This document shows, piece by piece, positions 16,385-24,545 of a DNA stretch of 54,618 nucleotides (its first letter is position 1; every line of letters begins with the position of its first letter). A program made the position numbers and the translations under genes. Origin of the DNA: Deltaproteobacteria bacterium RIFOXYA12_FULL_61_11 (lineage in GTDB: Bacteria > Bdellovibrionota_F > JAHFAK01 > YA12-FULL-61-11); assembly GCA_001799195.1 (NCBI GenBank), contig MGSU01000066.1, positions 1-54,618 of the forward strand, given 5' to 3'. The notes under the pieces are model-generated. The model was given only the letters and a program-made list of their open reading frames with translations. It had not been told where the DNA came from and did not search any database.

Positions 16385-16413
16385 TTGCAACACTCCCGCA
16401 GTTCATGTACGAT
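16385..16413 (+). promoter_or_regulatory. Candidate divergent promoter for the tadC-FHA/PAS operon
   Basis: TTGCAA (16385-16390), a 17-nt spacer, then TACGAT (16408-16413). GGAAGGAG Shine-Dalgarno precedes ATG 16481. Confidence 0.25.
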
Positions 16414-16480
16414 CATTGACCAACACACTTGGGAATATTAGCATTCGTTTTGACACAAAGCAATATGGCGGAAGGAGCGA

Positions 16481-17374
16481 ATGCACCTCGATATCGTCGA
16501 AATCTTCCTCTTCCTGACCACCGGTGGCAGCATCGTCCTGGTCGCTCTGCTGCTCCTTCCCGATCAGGAAACCCTCAAGGCGCAACGAGCGCTCAAGGTG
16601 CGCGACGAATCCGAGGAGAACAAATACCTCCTCCTCAAATACACCAAGGTAATCTATACCTTCCTAACCCCTCATATGACCGCGCTCGCCCTTCCACGGT
16701 ATCGCGAACGCAAAGAACGCGCACTCGTCAAGGCAGGTTTGCGAGATATCATCGACGTCGATGATTTCCTGGCCTTGAAATGCAGCCTGCTGCTCCTCGT
16801 GTTCGTCTTCAAGATCATTTCTGCGCTCACCTCGACCGAGGCGCTCGATGTGAGCAGTATCGTGCTCTGGTGCGTAGTCGGCTTCTTCGTGCCGGATATC
16901 TGGCTGTCGATGATCACCAAACGCCGAGAAAATCGCATCCTGCGCGAATTACCCTTGTTCATCGACCTGCTCACCCTCTCGGTCGAAGCAGGTCTCGATT
17001 TCCTGGCCGCGATCACCCGCATCGTGGAAAAGCAGAAGGACAACCTCTTGGTCTCGGAATTCGATAAAATGCTGCGCGAGGTCAAACTCGGCACCTCCCG
17101 CGCTGACGCTCTGCGTAGTCTTTCGCAACGCCTCCAGGTGAGTCAGGTATCTTCCTTCCTCTCCGTACTGATCCAGGCAAGCCAAATGGGCATCAGCATC
17201 GGCGGCGTGCTGCGCATCCAATCCGACCTCATCCGCGAACAGCGCTTCCAAAAAGCCGAGAAAGCCGGAGCCCAGGCCACGCAAAAGCTGCTCTTCCCCC
17301 TCATCTTCTTCATTCTGCCCGCCCTCGTGCTGGTTATCTTCGGCCCCATCATCCTCGATCTCATGGGGGACTGA
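16481..17374 (+). CDS. Tad platform protein, type II secretion system F family (TadC/TadB-like)
   Basis: 297 aa with a T2SSF domain ('LPLFIDLLTLSVEAGLDFLAAITRIV...LGTSRADALRSLSQRL') and terminal TM helices. Confidence 0.85.
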   Translation: MHLDIVEIFLFLTTGGSIVLVALLLLPDQETLKAQRALKVRDESEENKYLLLKYTKVIYTFLTPHMTALALPRYRERKERALVKAGLRDIIDVDDFLALKCSLLLLVFVFKIISALTSTEALDVSSIVLWCVVGFFVPDIWLSMITKRRENRILRELPLFIDLLTLSVEAGLDFLAAITRIVEKQKDNLLVSEFDKMLREVKLGTSRADALRSLSQRLQVSQVSSFLSVLIQASQMGISIGGVLRIQSDLIREQRFQKAEKAGAQATQKLLFPLIFFILPALVLVIFGPIILDLMGD

Positions 17375-17432
17375 ACACCATGCACCCGCATACCTCATCC
17401 CTGTTTCTTTGCAGCCGGTCGGAATAACCCCC

Positions 17433-19085
17433 ATGAAGGGTCCGCGCCTCAAGACACTTGCCGGACCGGCCTCGGCAGAATCCTTCCCGCTCCTGGGTGA
17501 ACTGACCACGATCGGGAGAGGACCCGACAACAACGTGGTGCTCGCCTCGGCCACGGTTTCTCGCCATCATGCCCATGTCCGACAGACCGAAGCCGGTCAT
17601 CATATCGAGGACCTCGGCAGCGCCAACGGAGTCCAGGTCAACGGACAACGGGTACACGACGCCGAACTCCGTTCCGGCGATCGTATCCGCATCGGCGAGT
17701 TCGTCTTTACCTATCAACACGAACTTCCTGGCAGGATTGGAACCACCCAAGCCGCTGTTCACCAATCACGCGAAGAATCAAACCTTTCAGTAGGCGTGGT
17801 CGAAGAGGAAGCCCCTGAAGAGAGCGCTCTGCAAGAAACGGGATCGAACGGCCCAGCACAGTTCGGTCCCGGGGAAACCGCTCTGCCTTCAACCACCACC
17901 CGACCGCGACGTGTCTTCAGCGGGTTCGTCGAACGCATCTTAGCCTATGACTGGAAGACGAAGATCGTCTTACTGGTCCTCCTCTTCACCATCATCGTCT
18001 ATCAGACCATCATCGTCGGGGTCTTCGAGTTCGCCGACAACTTCATCATCACCCGCGGCGCCCAGAAGGCAGAACTCTTGGTCTCGCTGCTCGCCGAAAA
18101 ACACCGCTACGATCTCTACCAGGGCCGAGATCTGCTCATCGACCTCGAGAGCATCCTCAACGAACCCGGCGTCGTCGAAGCCTATCTCGCGGACGAATTA
18201 GGCCGAATTCGAGTGCCGACTTCGAAACAAGGCCAAGCCCTGCACGATACCATCACGAAAACCTCTCTGTTCCAAGGCACCTTGGCGACCAATTATCGGA
18301 ACATCAACGACGTCGTTGCCTTGGCAGAGCAGGGACAACCTCTTATCTTGGCCTATCCGGTCAAGGTCTGGATCGAGGAGGAGGTTACCTATAAAGTCAT
18401 AGGGGTAGCAAAACTGCTCTATGCCCCAACCGATATCCTTCCTCCTCCCGACCAAATTTTTCGCTTGCGGCTGGAAACCTTCCTCTATTTATCATTGGGT
18501 TCGATATTCTTGTACTTCGGCATCTTCGTTTTTACGATCTATCCGTTACGCCGCCTCAAGGACGAGACCGAACTGCTCATCAAGGAGAATATTTCCCGGC
18601 TCACCCTCTCGACCTCCTCTTTTCAAGAACTGACCGGCATTGTCGAGGGTATCAACCGCATCATGGCCAAGAAATTCGCCGTCAACAGGGATGCATCAGG
18701 TCTTGATGCCAGTTCAGCACAGTCTGCGAGCACTGTCGCAGAACCTCGGCTGGAATTCCTCCTGCAAACCATCAATGAGGGCGTGTTGGAACTGGACCCC
18801 GCGGGAATCGTTCTCCGGGTGAACCAACGAGCTGCCTTGCTCCTCTCCCTCTCCTTCAATGGAGGTGTAGGTCTGCACCTCGATGAAGTGGTTCCGGACA
18901 AAGACCTCAGGGAGGATTTTCACAAGATACTCGCAAGTCTCGATCGGGAAGGGACCTTCCAGGGCCCGGTCAGAGCGGGAGGGCCTGGTCAGATCGTGCT
19001 TGCCCGTGCGTTGCGTTTCAAGACAGACCTGGGTCAGACCTCTTCCTCCTTGTTCTGCTTCACCCAACAACCGGCAAGAGACTAG
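17433..19085 (+). CDS. FHA - TM - periplasmic sensor-like domain - TM - HAMP - PAS protein (no kinase output domain)
   Basis: FHA 'TTIGRGPDNNVVLASATVSRHHAHVRQ...IEDLGSANGVQVNGQRV'. TM1 'IVLLVLLFTIIVYQTIIVGVF', about 170 aa, then TM2 'LYLSLGSIFLYFGIFVFTIY', then a HAMP-like 'PLRRLKDETELLIKEN...ELTGIVEGINRIMAKK'. PAS-like 'LLQTINEGVLELDPAGIVLRVNQRAALLL'. The ORF-track start 17409 looks like a TTG; the first ATG is 17433. Confidence 0.8.
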   Translation: MKGPRLKTLAGPASAESFPLLGELTTIGRGPDNNVVLASATVSRHHAHVRQTEAGHHIEDLGSANGVQVNGQRVHDAELRSGDRIRIGEFVFTYQHELPGRIGTTQAAVHQSREESNLSVGVVEEEAPEESALQETGSNGPAQFGPGETALPSTTTRPRRVFSGFVERILAYDWKTKIVLLVLLFTIIVYQTIIVGVFEFADNFIITRGAQKAELLVSLLAEKHRYDLYQGRDLLIDLESILNEPGVVEAYLADELGRIRVPTSKQGQALHDTITKTSLFQGTLATNYRNINDVVALAEQGQPLILAYPVKVWIEEEVTYKVIGVAKLLYAPTDILPPPDQIFRLRLETFLYLSLGSIFLYFGIFVFTIYPLRRLKDETELLIKENISRLTLSTSSFQELTGIVEGINRIMAKKFAVNRDASGLDASSAQSASTVAEPRLEFLLQTINEGVLELDPAGIVLRVNQRAALLLSLSFNGGVGLHLDEVVPDKDLREDFHKILASLDREGTFQGPVRAGGPGQIVLARALRFKTDLGQTSSSLFCFTQQPARD

Positions 19086-19265
19086 GACACTCTTTGCGAC
19101 GCTGGAGGTGCAAAGGCTGCGACACTGCAAGGACGAGCTGCGCAACCTCTGCCAAGACAATCAACCAACCTTTTGTAGTTTATACCACCCTCGGTCGGCA
19201 TTGCCTTTGCATAGATCCGCCCGTGTTGCACACGGTCGATCAATCCTGCAAGGGAGGTTCTCATT

Positions 19266-19517
19266 ATGAAGGGCTTGTTCATCATTGCGCTGACGTTGTT
19301 TGTGACCATTGGCATGGCGATGGCTGATACTCTGCAGGCGCAGACTACGGGTGGTGCGCAGGGAACCACCGTCAGTAATTGCCCGGATGTCACCGGCACT
19401 GGGGCGTCCACGGTCGTGACGAATCCTGCGACGGGCGCTGCTTCAGATTCAACGGTTCTGCCGACAGAACAACCCAAGAGAGCAGCGGACGTCGGGAATG
19501 TTTTTGGCAACCCGTGA
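19266..19517 (+). CDS. Small secreted Thr/Gly-rich protein (83 aa)
   Basis: GGGAGG Shine-Dalgarno 8 nt upstream. Signal peptide 'MKGLFIIALTLFVTIGMAMA'. Single Cys. C-terminal 'GNVFGNP'. Confidence 0.5.
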   Translation: MKGLFIIALTLFVTIGMAMADTLQAQTTGGAQGTTVSNCPDVTGTGASTVVTNPATGAASDSTVLPTEQPKRAADVGNVFGNP

Positions 19518-19839
19518 CAGGGCCCGTCGTTTGCTGTCCCTACCCCACACCCCTCTTCACCGCAGTGTAGGCATACCCTGCTTCCTCTCTGCCTGTGTGA
19601 TCATGGTGTTCTTCTCGAGTATAGCTTCGGCTCAGGTCGGAGCAGTGACACAATCGCCGGACTGCGCCACAATAGGCGCGAATTACGATGGATGGACCGT
19701 CACCACCGACCAGCACCAGATACCGAGAGTGACCCCCTTGTTACCCGTGGGAACGCCCACGGATGGTGGTGCTTCCGTGTCAGGTGTCCCGATCATTTAT
19801 ACGCCTACGGACACCGCGGGTAATGTCTGGGGACATTAG
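19498..19839 (+). CDS. Small secreted protein, probable paralogue of 19266..19517 (start uncertain)
   Basis: Hydrophobic leader 'GIPCFLSACVIMVFFSSIASAQ'. Single Cys. C-terminal 'TPTDTAGNVWGH' resembles the 'GNVFGNP' tail of the upstream ORF. Possible starts are 19498, or GTG/ATG near 19599-19605. Confidence 0.4.
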   Translation: MFLATRDRARRLLSLPHTPLHRSVGIPCFLSACVIMVFFSSIASAQVGAVTQSPDCATIGANYDGWTVTTDQHQIPRVTPLLPVGTPTDGGASVSGVPIIYTPTDTAGNVWGH

Positions 19840-19937
19840 TCCAGACAAGCATTCAACCCCTCCTGCTTTCAAGTTGCTTTTCCCCTCTGGCTGTGGTCCG
19901 TTCATTTGATTGAAAGCACTCCCGATGGAATGGCGCC

Positions 19938-21299
19938 ATGCTTCGCCCACAGTTGCTCGACTCCATCATCCTCGACGAGGCCCAGCGGCACCTGCAAGCG
20001 CTCCTGCGGCTCGATTCACGCAATCCCGGAGCCTTCGAGACCGAGGTCGCCGATTATCTGGTAGCCGTGCTCCGGGCCGACGGCCTCGCCTGCACCGTCG
20101 TCGAGCCACACCCGCGCCGCCGCAATATCTTCACCGCCCTGGAGGTTCCTACCGGAGAACCCGGGTTGCTGCTCAGCGCCCATCTCGATACCGTGCCCTT
20201 CGACGAGCGGGCTTGGTCGGTCCCTCCTCTCTCGGGCGACCTACGAGATGGGTGCATCTACGGCCGCGGCTCGGTGGACATGAAACACCACCTCGTATAC
20301 TGCTTGATGACCATACTCCTGCTGCACCGGAAGGGTATTCCTCTGTGCCGCACCGTTCGTTTCGCCGGTTTCGCAGACGAAGAAGCCGGTTGCGCCATGG
20401 GTTCACGCTTCATCGTCGACCACCACCCGGAATTGCTCTCCGCCGGCTATGCCCTGAATGAAGTTGGTGGCTTCCCCATCTATTTCAAGGGTCGTAAATA
20501 CTTCCTCCTCGGCACCGAAGAAAAGGGTTTCGCGTGGGTCCGCCTCGTCCTCCGAGGGACGCCGGGGCATGGTTCGATCCCGACCCGGGACAACGTCATC
20601 CTCCGGATCTCCGAAATTGTCGGCCGCCTCAACGCGGCGGACCGCAGGGTCAGACTCTCAAACGCAGCCTGCGCGTTCGTCGACACGCTCGCCAGAGGCC
20701 AGAACCCCCTCACCGCGCTGGCCCTGCGGCTGCTCCAGAAGCCGATCCTGACCGATCGGCTCATCGCCTTGCTCCTACCGAGCGATCGGCGAGCCACCTT
20801 CACCGCCATGTTCCACAACACTTACAACCCCACGGTAGTGCTGACCGACGAGAGCGTCAATGTAGTGCCCTCGAGCCTGATCCTCTGCCTGGACTGCCGC
20901 ATCGTTCCGGGTGGTTCGGTCGCAGAGGTCCTCGAACTCTGTCGAGCCACCTTCGATGACGAGGCAGAGGTCTCACTCATCCAAGGCAGTGAACCCGTGC
21001 AACAAAGCAAGGACCAGACCCTGGTCGAGCACGTCACGGCCATGCTCGAACGCGAGGCTCCCGATAGTACCGTGGCCCCTTATCTAACCCTCGGTTTCAC
21101 CGACAGCACTAACCTCAACCGCCTCGGTATTGCGCCGCTCGGTTTCTCCCCGCTTGACCTCCCGCCCGAGCTGAATTTCACCGCCTTGTTCCACGGACAC
21201 GACGAACGGATTCCCCTTGCCGGTTTCCGCTGGGGCATGGATTTCTTCTACCGGGTTGTCCACGATTTCGTGGCCGCAAGACCAGGAGCAGTCTCATGA
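19938..21299 (+). CDS. M20/M25/M40-family metallopeptidase (ArgE/DapE/CPG2-like)
   Basis: 'LLLSAHLDTVP', 'GRGSVDMKHHL' and 'FADEEAG' are the M20 metal ligand motifs. 453 aa. Confidence 0.85.
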   Translation: MLRPQLLDSIILDEAQRHLQALLRLDSRNPGAFETEVADYLVAVLRADGLACTVVEPHPRRRNIFTALEVPTGEPGLLLSAHLDTVPFDERAWSVPPLSGDLRDGCIYGRGSVDMKHHLVYCLMTILLLHRKGIPLCRTVRFAGFADEEAGCAMGSRFIVDHHPELLSAGYALNEVGGFPIYFKGRKYFLLGTEEKGFAWVRLVLRGTPGHGSIPTRDNVILRISEIVGRLNAADRRVRLSNAACAFVDTLARGQNPLTALALRLLQKPILTDRLIALLLPSDRRATFTAMFHNTYNPTVVLTDESVNVVPSSLILCLDCRIVPGGSVAEVLELCRATFDDEAEVSLIQGSEPVQQSKDQTLVEHVTAMLEREAPDSTVAPYLTLGFTDSTNLNRLGIAPLGFSPLDLPPELNFTALFHGHDERIPLAGFRWGMDFFYRVVHDFVAARPGAVS

Positions 21300-21832
21300 C
21301 CTTCGAAGACCTGATCATCAAGACAAAGAAAGAATTGGAAGTAGTGTTCCAGGCCTGCGCGGCCCCGGAACTCAACGCCCTCGTCGATCGCGAATACGAC
21401 GGCTACAATCTGACCCCAATGGCCGCCCTGCTCGGTATACGCAAGTTCCGCAAGGGCTTTTTCGATCCTCAGGGACATCTCGCCGGCAGCGAGGAACTCG
21501 AGGGCTACAACGTCCCGGTGTTTCAGACCGCCTTCCACGAGCGCTGGATGGCAAAACCCTGCGAGGAGAATCCCCACCGCTTCGGGTTCTACACCGTGCG
21601 ACCGGCAGAGCGCGAGGACATCGACAATGCCTACCCCAAGGCCCTGTTGCTCAATTACGGACGCAGCCCGCGCAACCCTTGGTTCAGGGTAGAACGCGCC
21701 CTCCGCGATTACCTGGTAGCCGTCAACCCCGGCGACCCCGATGTGCTCCTCGGCAAAGCCTATATCGCCGTCGGCTCCCTGCGCGTCTTCTCCAACTTCT
21801 TTGCTCTTCGCCGAGTGCCCAACACCGGCTGA
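21296..21832 (+). CDS. Hypothetical protein (178 aa, no recognisable motif)
   Basis: ATGA overlap with the M20 gene stop, and it ends 1 nt before the flippase ATG. Its amino-acid composition looks coding. Confidence 0.55.
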   Translation: MTFEDLIIKTKKELEVVFQACAAPELNALVDREYDGYNLTPMAALLGIRKFRKGFFDPQGHLAGSEELEGYNVPVFQTAFHERWMAKPCEENPHRFGFYTVRPAEREDIDNAYPKALLLNYGRSPRNPWFRVERALRDYLVAVNPGDPDVLLGKAYIAVGSLRVFSNFFALRRVPNTG

Positions 21833-21833
21833 C

Positions 21834-23294
21834 ATGACCACGATCTTCCGCGAACTCAACGTCGGCAGCGGCGTCAACCTCGTCGGTCTGGTTCTGCGCA
21901 GCAGCAAGCCACTGTATCTCATACTCGTGGCCAACCTCTTCGACCATACCGCCTTCGGGCTGTATACCCTACTCTACGCCCTGGTCGAGATCCTCTCGGG
22001 TTTCGCCATCTTCGGCATGGAACACGCGCTGTTGAACTTCATCTCCCGCTATGATGGCGTCGACGAGGCCGAGGAATACCGAGTCCTACGCAGTTCCATC
22101 TTCTTGCCGATCCTCCTCTCGTTCCTGCTCGCCGCTCCATTGTGGTTGGTGCCCGGAACCTGCACGGCTCTACTTTCACTGGAAGAGGATGTGACCCTGG
22201 CCTTGCTGCTCACCGGTTTGATGGTGCCGTGCCTGACCCTGCTCAAGGCTTTGCTCGCCGCCACCCGCGGCAAGCGCGAAATGCGCTGGCAGGTGATCAT
22301 CTATGACATGGGAGAACCGCTACTCCTGCTCGCGATCGTGCCGCTGCTCTTCTGGCTGGGCGCCACCACGCACGGTTTGCTCTCGGGCCACTTGCTGGTC
22401 CTTACCCTCTTGCTCCTCCCGGCCGGCCTCGTCTTCGATAGGATGTTCTCCCTCCGGCTCCTCTTCTCCCTGACGGCGCGGCCGTGGTTCTCGCGCCAAG
22501 CCTTGGTGTATGGGCTCGACATGAGTCTGCCGCAACTCGGCTCGAAGTTCATCCGCCGCATCGACCTGTTCATCGTCAATCACTACTTGCCCCTCGAGGT
22601 GGTCGGTATCTATGGCGTCGCAGCCGAACTCGCGCAGTTCTTCGCCAAGATCCGGGCCTCCTACACCCCTATCGTGGTCCCGGTGCTGTCCCACCAGTAC
22701 CGAGAAGGCGACCTGCAAGGAGTTCGCTTCACCGCGGCCTATATGGCGTACTTCGTGACTCTGATCTCGGTACCCTTCTTCCTAGTCTTGCTACTCCACG
22801 GTGAGCTGCTGCTCGGGCTCTACGGAAAGGATTTCGTGCAGGGGTATGAAGCCATGACCTTGCTCTGTCTGAGCGTGGTTCTGACCGGCCTTGCCGGGCC
22901 GGCGGGCGAAGTCCTCGCCGTGCATGGTTTACCGCGGCTCTTCGCCTGGTATTGCCTGCTCCAGATGATCCTGATCACGCTGCTCGGTATACTTTTCACG
23001 CCGGAGTTCGGCCTGCGCGGAGCCGCGCTGGCTTCTTCCCTGGCTCTCATCCTCAGCAGGCTGAGCCTCTATATCCACTCCCAGCACGTAACCTCGGTCT
23101 CTCCGTTCTCACCGCCGGTGCGCCGTCTCGTCGGCCTCTCGATCCTGATCCTCGGACTTGCGTGGTGGCTGCGTTCGGGACCCCTGGTCACGGCCTCGTG
23201 GAACTCCGTACTCCCGGTCACCCTCGGACTCTTGGGAGCCTACTCCGCCGCTTTGTGGTCTACCACGAGCTCCATGCTGACCTCGCGTCAATGA
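21834..23294 (+). CDS. MOP-superfamily polysaccharide/oligosaccharide flippase (Wzx-like)
   Basis: 486-aa polytopic protein with about 12-14 hydrophobic helices, 'GSKFIRRIDLFIVNHYL' and 'GVAAELAQFFAKI'. ATG at 21834; the ORF-track upstream extension overlaps the previous gene. Confidence 0.75.
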   Translation: MTTIFRELNVGSGVNLVGLVLRSSKPLYLILVANLFDHTAFGLYTLLYALVEILSGFAIFGMEHALLNFISRYDGVDEAEEYRVLRSSIFLPILLSFLLAAPLWLVPGTCTALLSLEEDVTLALLLTGLMVPCLTLLKALLAATRGKREMRWQVIIYDMGEPLLLLAIVPLLFWLGATTHGLLSGHLLVLTLLLLPAGLVFDRMFSLRLLFSLTARPWFSRQALVYGLDMSLPQLGSKFIRRIDLFIVNHYLPLEVVGIYGVAAELAQFFAKIRASYTPIVVPVLSHQYREGDLQGVRFTAAYMAYFVTLISVPFFLVLLLHGELLLGLYGKDFVQGYEAMTLLCLSVVLTGLAGPAGEVLAVHGLPRLFAWYCLLQMILITLLGILFTPEFGLRGAALASSLALILSRLSLYIHSQHVTSVSPFSPPVRRLVGLSILILGLAWWLRSGPLVTASWNSVLPVTLGLLGAYSAALWSTTSSMLTSRQ

Positions 23295-23324
23295 TCCACC
23301 TGCGGAGGCGATATCCCCAGGAAT

Positions 23325-24545
23325 TCAGGCAGGCCGCAACCAGGATCCCACAAATTGGGCCAAGCGCCGGACCGGACTCCGGCGGTTCGGAACACCTTCC
23401 AGGAGAGCCACATACAGCTCGAGATGGGCTTCGACCATGAGCTTGTCACTGTAGCTCTGGGCTCTCAGTCTCCCCGCTTCGCCGAAGCGTCGCCGCAAGG
23501 AAACATCGCGGACCAATGTGAGTACCCGCGCGACCAACCCCTCTACGTCGCCGGGACCGACCAGCCACCCGGTCGAACCGTGTTCGACCACTTCGGAGAC
23601 CCCACCTACCCGCGTGGCCACGACCGGGAGAGCGTTGAGCATGGCCTCCACAAGCACCCTGCCCATCCCTTCGTTGCGAGAGGTCAGGAGGAAGAGGTCC
23701 AGGAGAGCGAACACCTCCGAGGCATTGGGCCTGTCGGTCCACAGGTGGACCCGTTCCTCAAGACCGTGCTCGGTGAGAAAGGCGTGGATCTCGGCCTCGA
23801 GGGGACCGTCGCCGACCATCACCAGGTGAACCGCAGGTTGCGACTCGGCAACCCGAGCAAAGGCCAGGAGCGCGGTGAGAGGATCTTTGATCGGTTCCAG
23901 TCGTCCAACCCACCCGAGGACCACGGTCTCGTCATCGAAACCCGCGGCAGCTCGGGCCTCGCGACGTTCGTCTTGCTCCCGCCTGCGGTACTCCTCGAGG
24001 ACGATTCCGGAATGGATGGCCGTATACTGCTCTCGTCTGCCAATACCACGCTCGAGGTGTTCCTCGATCCCCTGCCTGGTCAGGGTCACTATCCGGTCGG
24101 TGAAGGGAGCGAGTACGCGCTCGCATACGACGAAGACCGCGACCAGAGGAGTGCTGAAATAGCCCGTGAAAACATGGCCATGGGGAGTATGCACGATCAC
24201 CGGACAGCCGGCGAACAGGGCTGCGAGGCGGCCGAGCACCCCGGCTTTGGAGGTGTGCGTGTGGACCAGGGTCACCTGCTCGCGCCGGAACAAACGCACG
24301 AGTTCCAGCAGCGCTCTCAGATCCTGTCGCGGGGAGAGGTTGCGGACCAGGGCGGGGAGGAGGACGATGTCCCCCCCTTGCTCGCGCAAGCGCCCCAGAT
24401 AACGGGTTGGTACCACGGTAGGTCCATGGACTAGCAGACTGGGAAAGCGACCCATGGTGCCGAGCACGGTCAGCACCGTGCAATCGGCAGATCCTCCAAG
24501 GTCGAGCCTGGTGATGACATGGGCGATGCGCGGTCTAGACTCCAT
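23325..24545 (-). CDS. Glycosyltransferase family 4 (GT-B, retaining)
   Basis: 'IAHVITRLDLGGS' at the N-terminus. 'GWVGRLEPIKD' and 'LLTSRNEGMGRVLVEAMLNALPVVATRVGGVSEVVEHGSTGWLV' form the E-x7-E region. Confidence 0.85.
   Translation of the reverse strand: MESRPRIAHVITRLDLGGSADCTVLTVLGTMGRFPSLLVHGPTVVPTRYLGRLREQGGDIVLLPALVRNLSPRQDLRALLELVRLFRREQVTLVHTHTSKAGVLGRLAALFAGCPVIVHTPHGHVFTGYFSTPLVAVFVVCERVLAPFTDRIVTLTRQGIEEHLERGIGRREQYTAIHSGIVLEEYRRREQDERREARAAAGFDDETVVLGWVGRLEPIKDPLTALLAFARVAESQPAVHLVMVGDGPLEAEIHAFLTEHGLEERVHLWTDRPNASEVFALLDLFLLTSRNEGMGRVLVEAMLNALPVVATRVGGVSEVVEHGSTGWLVGPGDVEGLVARVLTLVRDVSLRRRFGEAGRLRAQSYSDKLMVEAHLELYVALLEGVPNRRSPVRRLAQFVGSWLRPA

Noticed and set aside
19498-19600. 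Possible twin-arginine (Tat) signal 'RDRARRLLSL' at the N-terminus of ORF 19498..19839.
   Set aside because: About 12 polar residues separate the RR pair from the hydrophobic core, and the S/T-R-R-x-F-L-K consensus is not met. The upstream part overlaps the preceding ORF. A shorter Sec-type leader starting near 19599-19605 is equally likely.
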